Positions 16,776 to 24,742 of a DNA stretch of 34,026 nt are shown one piece after another. Every line of letters begins with the position of its first letter. Position 1 is the stretch's first letter. Source of the DNA: Deltaproteobacteria bacterium (GTDB lineage Bacteria; Desulfobacterota; Syntrophobacteria; BM002); contig CP070843.1 of NCBI GenBank assembly GCA_020350905.1, positions 1,074,584 through 1,108,609 of the forward strand, read 5' to 3'. Both the position numbers and the translations under genes were made by a program. The notes below the pieces were generated by a model. That model did not search any database, was not told the origin of the DNA, and was given only the letters and a program-made list of their open reading frames with translations.

Positions 16776-17745
16776 CATGTGTTACTTTCTGCAAGAGCTC
16801 CCTATAGTACACATAATTCTCATAAGGTACATCGGCCCGGACCCGTCCGTCAGCCAAGGGCACATAGCCACCGTCGGCAACTAGTGGTGGCACCTTCTCT
16901 TCCACCTCCTGCCGAACTGCTTCCTTGTCCCGCCGGAGGGTGTCAAGATCTATCCCACCAATCAACCTTAAATTGCGGCCGAATTCTCGGCGGAGATCCC
17001 GATAGTCCATTGCTTCTATGTTAACTTCGCAAGCCCACAAACAATTGAATCCCCACTTGAGCATGCTCGGAATGAGGGCTCGAGCATTAGCATATGTCAC
17101 GAGAACTATAGTCTCTACTTTATATTTATGAAGGACGTCAAGAACTGGTTCATAGCTCCTAAGTACCATGTCTTCATACATGTGTGGCGATATGAGAGGG
17201 CCATAATTGCCGCCAATGGGCTCACTGAAAAGTGCTGCGTCCACAACGACATCCTTTAGTACCCGTTCCGCCAACCCGGCGGCAAATTCCCCCTGGATTG
17301 TCATGGCCTCACGGACAAATTCAGGATCATCAATAAGTAGATCCATTAGTTCTGAAAACCTGCGCCAGTCGTAAACACCCATAGACAGAAAAAAGCCCCG
17401 GTGGATTCTAAGCATGAGTGGATAGTCTCGGTTTTTCCAACTGCGGACTTTTTTTGCCCATCCCCTGGGCAAACGGCCCCGTCCATAGGGGACCAAACGT
17501 CGAAAGAGTTCCTTCAGGTCGGATCGCGATCTGGGCCATTTAGTGAATTTTGGCCGAGGCTCCAAGTCTACCTCGATCACCTCCCGCTGATCAGAGGGAA
17601 ACATCTGGGCAATATCAGCATCCTTTGGTAATCCCTGCTTGCGCCATTCCCTTAACACTTCTCTCCGGATGCCCTCCTCGAAATAGGGCACGCGGTCGGG
17701 GCTGCCGTAGCGCATTGTCTCAAGAAATCGTTCGCGACTATTCAT
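16768..17745 (-). CDS. uroporphyrinogen decarboxylase (URO-D) family protein (MtaA/CmuA-like)
   Basis: The N-terminus MNSRERFLETMRYGSPDRVPYFE is typical of URO-D-like/methylcobamide methyltransferase-like proteins. GAGAGAA Shine-Dalgarno upstream. Confidence 0.85.
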   Translation of the reverse strand: MNSRERFLETMRYGSPDRVPYFEEGIRREVLREWRKQGLPKDADIAQMFPSDQREVIEVDLEPRPKFTKWPRSRSDLKELFRRLVPYGRGRLPRGWAKKVRSWKNRDYPLMLRIHRGFFLSMGVYDWRRFSELMDLLIDDPEFVREAMTIQGEFAAGLAERVLKDVVVDAALFSEPIGGNYGPLISPHMYEDMVLRSYEPVLDVLHKYKVETIVLVTYANARALIPSMLKWGFNCLWACEVNIEAMDYRDLRREFGRNLRLIGGIDLDTLRRDKEAVRQEVEEKVPPLVADGGYVPLADGRVRADVPYENYVYYRELLQKVTHGH

Positions 17746-18036
17746 AGATCAATTCTCTCGCCCGCTCGATCTGCTCGCTAGAGCCCGCAGAGAACGCAGT
17801 AGAGAAAAGTGTGGGGATCACTTGTCACCGCCCGCAAAGCGGGCAGTCCCGATGCCACCGCATCTGGACAAGTGGGGAGCCCTTGATGGCCAGAATAAGC
17901 AAGCTTATTAGTGTCCATCAAGCACACCCCACTCAGCCTCCAAGCGATCCCTCCTCAATATATACCTTTACCTACATAACTTCATAGTTATTGAGCTCTC
18001 AGAGTTTCGTTGAGCTCTCTGAGTGATAGATTAACC

Positions 18037-19713
18037 CTATGACGAGCCTAACTTAAAATGAAACATTTCCCGGACAGTTTGCCGGTATTTTTTGATTTCA
18101 GCTTGGCGCCGGGCGCGGCTCCACCCAAGAGTCTTGCCCATGAGTTTGGCTGCAACCACTTCCAGTCCACCTACGCCGTTGAAGTGTAACAGATCTGTTC
18201 GCCTGCTCATGAAGTCTTCCAGGGTGAGGGCCATCTCATCCTCTACCCCATAAATGACCTGGGCTTTGATTACCCGACAGCCCGGACCCAATGGTTCCAA
18301 GAGCTTTCGCTCACTCAAACCCAGTGCCAGGATCTCCATGTGATTTCGACCGTAACTGTGGATTAGGTGCTCTATACTCGTCAAAGATAACCCCCATCGG
18401 GTTTTGAGACCAAGGGATTGGGCTTTGAGATAGGAGGGAAAATCGATCATCTCCCCACCCGTCAGAGGTACCTCGTCAGTAGTGCAGGTCTGAAATTCAC
18501 CCTCCAACAGATGTCCATAACGCTCCAACACTTGATCAATCAGGTTTTTTGCCATGGTGCGATGGGTTGTGAGCTTACCTCCGGCTATGACAGCGAGTCC
18601 ACCATCGTATAAACCGATATAATAGTCGCGGCTGACCTTTGATGGATCACCCTCCTCCATGATCAAGGGTCTGAGACCAGCCCAAGAAGACACGATATCG
18701 TCTGGGCCAAGATTGACCGATGGGAAAGAATTGTTCAGTGCATCGAGAAGGTAATCGACGTCAGCAGCTTCCACCAAGATCTTATCCAGCGAGCCGGAAT
18801 AATCAGTATCAGTGGTTCCCACATACGTAAACTGTTCGAGAGGTACCACAAATATTATACGCTTGTCCGTAGTGGGCACCACCACCACTTTGTTTACCTT
18901 GAGCCGACTTTCGGGAAAGACCAGATGAACGCCCTTGGTTGGTCGTATAGCAGGCCCGGGATCGGAGTGAAGTTTGAACAGTTCTTCCGTCCAAGGTCCC
19001 GCAGCCACCACTACTACTCGGGCGCGAATTACCCCCTGCTTGCCTTTCATTACCTCACGGAACTTTACTTCATTGAAAGGATCCTTATCCGTGTCCAACC
19101 CTTCTGCCTGAGTGTAATTGGCCACCACGGCCCCGTACTCGTGGGCTGATTTGACCGTGGCTAGGGTAAGGCGAGCATCATTCACGAGACAATCGTAATA
19201 GATGAACCCCCCGGAGAGATTTTCCTTCCGCAGTAGAGGTTCCTCATGCAATAGTTCTTCAGCCGACAGGTTATGGTGACGTCCTAAAGAGCTATCGCTT
19301 GCCAAAAAGTCGTAGCCGAACAGCCCGATATGCATCTCGAGCCGCCCTTTCCAGCCCGAGTAAATGGGTATCAGATAGGGGGCGGAATGCACCAGGTGCG
19401 GGGCCAGGTGGAGAAGCTTCTCTCGTTCGGATAAAGATTCCTTCACCAAACCGATGTCCAGCTGTTTGAGGTAACGTAATCCGCCGTGAATCATTTTGGA
19501 GGACTTGCTGCTGGTGCCGCTGGCAAAGTCCGCCTTTTCGATGAGGGCTACCTTTATACCGCGCATGGCAGCGTCTCGCGCTATGGCAGCCCCGGTAATA
19601 CCTCCCCCAATCACGGCAAGGTCGAACTCCTCCTCCTGCATTCTTTTGAGGTTGATCTTCCTGGTTCTTGGGGAAAAATTCCCACTCGAGGATCTGGTTT
19701 TCAACCGCAGCAT
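18037..19713 (-). CDS. glpD: FAD-dependent glycerol-3-phosphate dehydrogenase/oxidase
   Basis: FDLAVIGGGITGAAIARDAAMRGIKVALIEKADFASGTSSKSSKMIHGGLRYL is the GlpD N-terminal FAD signature. The ATG at 19713 lies 1 nt after the upstream gene's TAA (19715-19717). An alternative start is M25 at 19641. Confidence 0.92.
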   Translation of the reverse strand: MLRLKTRSSSGNFSPRTRKINLKRMQEEEFDLAVIGGGITGAAIARDAAMRGIKVALIEKADFASGTSSKSSKMIHGGLRYLKQLDIGLVKESLSEREKLLHLAPHLVHSAPYLIPIYSGWKGRLEMHIGLFGYDFLASDSSLGRHHNLSAEELLHEEPLLRKENLSGGFIYYDCLVNDARLTLATVKSAHEYGAVVANYTQAEGLDTDKDPFNEVKFREVMKGKQGVIRARVVVVAAGPWTEELFKLHSDPGPAIRPTKGVHLVFPESRLKVNKVVVVPTTDKRIIFVVPLEQFTYVGTTDTDYSGSLDKILVEAADVDYLLDALNNSFPSVNLGPDDIVSSWAGLRPLIMEEGDPSKVSRDYYIGLYDGGLAVIAGGKLTTHRTMAKNLIDQVLERYGHLLEGEFQTCTTDEVPLTGGEMIDFPSYLKAQSLGLKTRWGLSLTSIEHLIHSYGRNHMEILALGLSERKLLEPLGPGCRVIKAQVIYGVEDEMALTLEDFMSRRTDLLHFNGVGGLEVVAAKLMGKTLGWSRARRQAEIKKYRQTVREMFHFKLGSS

Positions 19714-19714
19714 G

Positions 19715-21367
19715 TTAGCTCCCCAACAGCTTCCCCGGATTCATGATATTATTGGGATCCATTTTGTTTTTCAGATGGGCAAGAAGTGACAAGCCCTCTG
19801 GGCCGAGATAAGAATCCAGCCAAATCTTGTGCATGCTGCCGATTCCATGGTGATGGCTCAGAGCCCCCCCGTGTTTCAGAATTGTCTCTGTGGCCGCCTC
19901 TTTAACAATCTGCCATTGCTCCAGTTCCTTCCCCACCTGCTGCTGAGCCATGAAGGTAAAATATAAAGAAGCGCCATCAGGATAGGCATGGGAAAGATGG
20001 GTAAACACCAGCGCGCCCGGCGCAGTATCGAGGATTGATTCAGATAGTGCTAGGCGCACCGCTTTATACAATTCTGGAAGTTTTTCCCAAGGGGCAGCAG
20101 TCTCCACAGTGTCCACCATCACGGAGCGGTCCAGCAAGTCATCTCGCAGATACGGGTGTCGAAAACGTTCTTTCATCCACTTTATGGCAGGGAGGCCGCC
20201 CAGCAGAACCCCATCTTTGGCATAGCGGCGTGTCTCCCGTTTCGTCACTAGAACGAGGTTGCGCGGCCCTTCAAAAATCAAAAGCAAGAGCGCGCTCTTT
20301 TCCAGGTTGAAACCCCGGAAACGTATGTACCATTGCCCCAAGAGTTCAGTAAATGATTGGCGCGGTGTCTTGCTCAGCCTCAGGGCCACTGCCGTTTCTT
20401 CTGGGTCGGCAAGCCGCAACACCGCAGGACGCAGGCCCGCCTGGAGCATATCTCGCACGGCACCTACTCCTGCAGAAAAGTCATGAAACAAATACGTAGC
20501 GAAGGCACGATGTTCTGGTATGGGATGGAGTCGAACTACTGCCTGAGTGATAATCCCCAGGGTACCCTCGGAGCCAATCAGGCATTGGAGCAGTGAGGGA
20601 CCTACCGCATCCGCCGGCACAGTGGGTAAATCCAAGATGCCGGTTGGTGTGATAATACGGAGGCTAACCACCATATGCTCTATTTTTCCATATTTGGTGG
20701 AGTTCTGACCGGCCGAGCGTGTGGCGATCCATCCGCCCAGGGTGGAAAACTCGAACGATTGAGGGTAATGGGCCAAGGTGAAGCCACTACCATTTAGTTC
20801 TCTCTCCAAGTCTGGTCCCAGAATACCGCTCTGGACCCGCGCGGTGTTGGACGCGCGATCAATCTCAAGAACACGGTTCAACCGCTGTAGATCAATGGTA
20901 AGGACTGGTTTGTCGACTGAAGGAGGCTCGACGCCTCCAACCACCGAAGTGCCGCCGCCAAAGGGCACGATAGTCCAACCTCGTTCCGAAGCGAATTCGA
21001 GCAGCGCTTTGATCTGTTTCTCGTTTTCGGGAAAAATCACAGCATCGGGTGCAGCTTCCACCCTACCGTGTCGGATTCTCAGCAGATCCAGATAAGATTT
21101 TCCCAGAGCATGAACGAGTCTATCCGAATTTTCAGTACTGACGGACTCATCACCACATATCTTTTTGAGCCGAGCAAGGTCTGATTGTGCCAGTCGGGCA
21201 GGTGGCACTGGTATGTCGTTGAGGGAGGAAACCCGTGGGGATTGTTGGAGTGGTCCTAGTTTGCTTTCGAGAAACGACCAAAAATAGTGTGGGTCGGCCA
21301 GAGCGTACCTCTCATTCTCTAGGCCCCAGCCCCACCATTTCATCTTTTCGGGGTTATCAAAAGACAT
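19715..21367 (-). CDS. FAD-linked oxidase, alkyl-dihydroxyacetone-phosphate synthase (AGPS)-like
   Basis: The N-terminal KWWGWGLENERY resembles the AGPS WNGWGY motif. The FAD-binding PCMH domain follows (IVPFGGGTSVVGG), then a C-terminal HHHGIG motif. Confidence 0.88.
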   Translation of the reverse strand: MSFDNPEKMKWWGWGLENERYALADPHYFWSFLESKLGPLQQSPRVSSLNDIPVPPARLAQSDLARLKKICGDESVSTENSDRLVHALGKSYLDLLRIRHGRVEAAPDAVIFPENEKQIKALLEFASERGWTIVPFGGGTSVVGGVEPPSVDKPVLTIDLQRLNRVLEIDRASNTARVQSGILGPDLERELNGSGFTLAHYPQSFEFSTLGGWIATRSAGQNSTKYGKIEHMVVSLRIITPTGILDLPTVPADAVGPSLLQCLIGSEGTLGIITQAVVRLHPIPEHRAFATYLFHDFSAGVGAVRDMLQAGLRPAVLRLADPEETAVALRLSKTPRQSFTELLGQWYIRFRGFNLEKSALLLLIFEGPRNLVLVTKRETRRYAKDGVLLGGLPAIKWMKERFRHPYLRDDLLDRSVMVDTVETAAPWEKLPELYKAVRLALSESILDTAPGALVFTHLSHAYPDGASLYFTFMAQQQVGKELEQWQIVKEAATETILKHGGALSHHHGIGSMHKIWLDSYLGPEGLSLLAHLKNKMDPNNIMNPGKLLGS

Positions 21368-21674
21368 AGAAGACCTGATTTATTTGCACCTGGTAGTTTT
21401 GCTGAGGACATGGAATGCTGGAATATTGGAGTAATGGAAATAGAACTCCCAGCCCAACATTGCTCTATTCATTACTCCTCCTTCCAACTTTTTCTCCTCA
21501 ATTTCTGCATTATTCCCAGCAGAGTCAAGCAGTTTTCGGCTTTGAGCTCAGAAAAGCGCCGTGAAAACAATATTTGTGGGAGAACCTTTCCCGCCCGCCT
21601 CGCCTGCGCGGCTCGTGATGGCGGGCAGGTAGCCTCGATAGAGCTGCCTGTAAAAAAAATCCTCCAAACATCGA

Positions 21675-21708
21675 CTATACTCCTAGCAATCGTTGTTCTA
21701 GGATATAG
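21675..21708. promoter_or_regulatory. Near-perfect palindrome upstream of tal (candidate operator)
   Basis: ctatactcctag-N11-ctaggatatag. The arms are complementary apart from one extra c. It ends 35 nt upstream of the tal ATG. Confidence 0.35.
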
Positions 21709-21743
21709 TTAGAAAATACACTTGCTTTCATTGGAGGATCAAA

Positions 21744-22868
21744 ATGACAAAATTGCATGAATTAGCTGAACTTGGTCAGGCAATCTGGCTCGACTACATA
21801 AGCCGTTCCCTTATTACGTCCGGCGAACTACAAAAACTGGTTGATCAGGGGCTGCGGGGGGTAACCTCCAATCCATCCATCTTTGAAAAAGCCATTGCTG
21901 GGAGTGCTGACTACGATGACGATTTGAATCGCCTCGCGAGTGATGGAAGATTGGTGGCAGAAATATATGAGGACCTGGCTATGGCCGACATCCGGAGCGC
22001 AGCCGACATATTGCGTTCGGTCTACGAAAAGAGTGAGGGTGCTGATGGCTTTGTGAGCCTCGAGGTAAATCCGGCGCTGGCTCACGACACCGAGGCTACC
22101 ATTGAGGAAGCACGTCGCCTCTTCGCTTCCCTGGAGCGACCGAACGTGATGATCAAGGTGCCGGCAACACCCGCCGGCCTACCAGCCATCGCGACCCTCA
22201 TCGGCGAGGGTGTAAGCGTCAACGTAACCTTGATCTTCTCGCTCGAGCAATACGAGGCTGTGGCCACGTCCTATATTGCCGGGTTGGAAAAGCTGGCATT
22301 AGCAGGCGGTGAGGTAGGCAGAGTGGCGTCCGTGGCTTCCTTTTTCATCAGCCGGGTTGATACCGCTGTGGATAAGGCTCTTGAAGAGATTGGTAATATT
22401 GAGATACAAGGCAAAATCGCCATTGATAATGCCAAAATTGCCTATGGTCGCTTCCGCGAAATCTTCAACTCCGAACGCTGGCAGGAGTTAGCCACTGAAA
22501 ACGCTCGGGTACAGCGCCCCCTGTGGGCAAGTACCAGCAGCAAGAATCCTGCTTACCCAGATACCCTCTATGTGGATAACCTCATTGGGCCTGACACGGT
22601 CAATACGCTGCCGCCGGCCACCCTGGATGATTTTCTGGATCATGGCACAGTAGCTACCACTGTGGAGACTGATGTTGATGGGGCTCACATGCGCATGGCT
22701 GAACTTGCCGAGCTTGGCATCGACCTGGACGGTATCACTAATAAGGTACTGGACGAGGGCGTTGCCGCCTTTGCAAAATCCTTTGAGGGGTTGATTGCCA
22801 GCATTGCTGAGAAACGTCAAGATTTGCTCGACGAGTTGCAGCAGGTGTCAACTAGCTCAGGTTCATAA
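21744..22868 (+). CDS. tal: transaldolase
   Basis: GQAIWLDYISR...GVTSNPSIFEKAI, and the Schiff-base lysine context VMIKVPAT. GGAGGA Shine-Dalgarno 6 nt upstream. Confidence 0.94.
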   Translation: MTKLHELAELGQAIWLDYISRSLITSGELQKLVDQGLRGVTSNPSIFEKAIAGSADYDDDLNRLASDGRLVAEIYEDLAMADIRSAADILRSVYEKSEGADGFVSLEVNPALAHDTEATIEEARRLFASLERPNVMIKVPATPAGLPAIATLIGEGVSVNVTLIFSLEQYEAVATSYIAGLEKLALAGGEVGRVASVASFFISRVDTAVDKALEEIGNIEIQGKIAIDNAKIAYGRFREIFNSERWQELATENARVQRPLWASTSSKNPAYPDTLYVDNLIGPDTVNTLPPATLDDFLDHGTVATTVETDVDGAHMRMAELAELGIDLDGITNKVLDEGVAAFAKSFEGLIASIAEKRQDLLDELQQVSTSSGS

Positions 22869-22996
22869 GAGGTTACGTGGGCTCGTGTCCCACTTTTAAT
22901 CTCTTTGCCTCTTGAACTTCTGGTCGAAAGTCTTAATTTTGCTACAATACAGATGGTGTACATACAAGAATAATTCCACTGGAAAGGGACAATCTT

Positions 22997-24454
22997 ATGG
23001 CGGAATATGATTTCGATATAGGCGTTATCGGCGGGGGAGCAGCGGGGCTGACCGTAACAGCAGGAGCAGCTCAGGCTGGAGCCAAAACTCTTCTCATTGA
23101 AAAAGAAAAAAAACTTGGAGGAGACTGCCTTCATTATGGTTGCGTGCCGAGCAAAACCCTTATCAGAACGGCTCACGTTTACCATCTGATGAGAAACTCC
23201 AGGGAGTTTGGGCTTCCAGGTGTTGACCTGCCGCCTGTTGATTATCGGGAAGTGGCAATGAGAATTCAATCGGTCATCAGCACCATTCAAGAACACGATT
23301 CTGAGGAAAGATTCTGTAAGCTCGGGGCTAAAGTTGAATTCGGCGAGGCCACCTTTGTGGATGAACACTCCATTCGGTTAAACGGAAAGACCATTAGTGC
23401 AAAGAATTGGGTGCTGTCCACGGGCTCGTCCCCTGGTATCCCTTCCATAGAAGGGCTTGATAAGACCCCTTACATCACCAACAAAGAAATCTGGTCCCTC
23501 GATCATTTGCCGAAATCTTTGATCATCCTTGGTGCCGGCCCCATAGCCATGGAAATGGCACAAGCATTCAATCGTCTTGGTTCAAAAGTAACTGTGGTTC
23601 AGCGCAGCAATCAGATCTTGAGCAAAGAAGACAAAGACATGGCTGACACAGTCATGGAGGTTTTACACTCCGAGGGGGTAACATTCTATCTCAACTCTTC
23701 AGTGATGAGTGTGCGGGACCTAGGGAGTGAGAGAGAGGTGGTTGTAAAGAGTGGTGCTAAGAATACGACTGAGCTCAGGGGAGAAAAGATCCTGGTCGCC
23801 ATGGGTCGAGAGGCCAATGTGACAGGTTTAGGTTTAGAAGGTTTGGGCATAGATTGCACTGGGAAAGGCATCCAGGTGGACAACCGCTTGAGGACAAAAC
23901 AGAAGCACATTTATGCAGCAGGAGATGTCACCGGCCAATATCAATTTACCCACGCTGCCGGTTATGAGGGAGGCATTGTCTTCACCAATGCTATTTTTCG
24001 TCTTCCCAGAAAAGTAGATTACACTTTTCTGCCGTGGTGTACATATACGGACCCTGAGCTCGCCAGCATTGGTATGAATGAAAAAGCGGCAGAAGCTGCC
24101 GGAATCGAGTACGTCGTATGGACCGAGGAGTTCAAAGGTAACGACAGAAGTCTGGCGGAGGGCGAGAGAGTCGGCAAGATCAAGATGATTCTGGACGAAA
24201 AAGAGAAGCCCATAGGTGTACAAATACTGGGGCCTCAGGCAGGAGAACTGCTCAGTGAATGGGTGGCGGTATTAAACGGAAAGATGAAGCTCTCCACCCT
24301 GGCTTCTGCCGTACATCCCTATCCGACTCTCGGTGAGATCAACAAGAGGGTCGCAGGAAATTTTTTCTCACCCAAAATCTTCTCAGAGAGGGTAAAGAAA
24401 GGATTGAAGTTCTTCTTCAATTTGAAGGGAAGGGCCTGCGGAGACGACGCATAG
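22997..24454 (+). CDS. FAD-dependent pyridine nucleotide-disulfide oxidoreductase (dihydrolipoyl dehydrogenase/mercuric-reductase-like)
   Basis: GVIGGGAAG FAD motif, redox-active GGDCLHYGCVPSK (C-x4-C), a second Rossmann motif LGAGPIAME, and a C-terminal dimerisation domain with HPYPTLGE. Confidence 0.92.
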   Translation: MAEYDFDIGVIGGGAAGLTVTAGAAQAGAKTLLIEKEKKLGGDCLHYGCVPSKTLIRTAHVYHLMRNSREFGLPGVDLPPVDYREVAMRIQSVISTIQEHDSEERFCKLGAKVEFGEATFVDEHSIRLNGKTISAKNWVLSTGSSPGIPSIEGLDKTPYITNKEIWSLDHLPKSLIILGAGPIAMEMAQAFNRLGSKVTVVQRSNQILSKEDKDMADTVMEVLHSEGVTFYLNSSVMSVRDLGSEREVVVKSGAKNTTELRGEKILVAMGREANVTGLGLEGLGIDCTGKGIQVDNRLRTKQKHIYAAGDVTGQYQFTHAAGYEGGIVFTNAIFRLPRKVDYTFLPWCTYTDPELASIGMNEKAAEAAGIEYVVWTEEFKGNDRSLAEGERVGKIKMILDEKEKPIGVQILGPQAGELLSEWVAVLNGKMKLSTLASAVHPYPTLGEINKRVAGNFFSPKIFSERVKKGLKFFFNLKGRACGDDA

Positions 24455-24523
24455 AGCGAAGAGCATGGCGCATGGCGTTTCAAGGGTGTCATGTTAATAA
24501 GCTCGACTGCCATTCGTAGCCAA

Positions 24524-24673
24524 TTGGCCACGAACGTGGCCGTCATTATGCTTCGCTGTCATTTGTTGTCATTAGGTTTTTATCATGCTGGACCATTAAC
24601 GACGCCAACGGAAAATGACCATAAATGACGGGCGACAGCCCAAATGACTCAATGACGGCGCAGCCCAAGTGAC
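24524..24673. repeat. GTCAT/ATGAC-box mosaic element, copy F (inverted relative to copy C)
   Basis: ttGGCCACgaacGTGGCC-GTCATT-atgcttcgct-GTCATT-tgtt-GTCATT ... ATGAC-cataa-ATGAC-GGGCgacaGCCC-aaATGAC-tca-ATGAC-GGCgcaGCC-caaGTGAC. The 27-mer at 24550-24576 is the reverse complement of 14251-14277. The 22-mer at 24613-24634 is the reverse complement of 14191-14212. Confidence 0.85.
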
Positions 24674-24742
24674 AACAAGCTCAGCACCAGACATTGAGAA
24701 GATCTGCAGACTATCGTTCAGGAGTGAGAAGGAGTAGGTACT

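Noticed and set aside
21410-21712. 100-aa plus-strand ORF in the AGPS-tal divergent spacer
   Set aside because: It has no Shine-Dalgarno sequence, it runs through three palindromic or periodic repeat blocks, and its product is low in complexity. I interpret the region as regulatory or repeat DNA.
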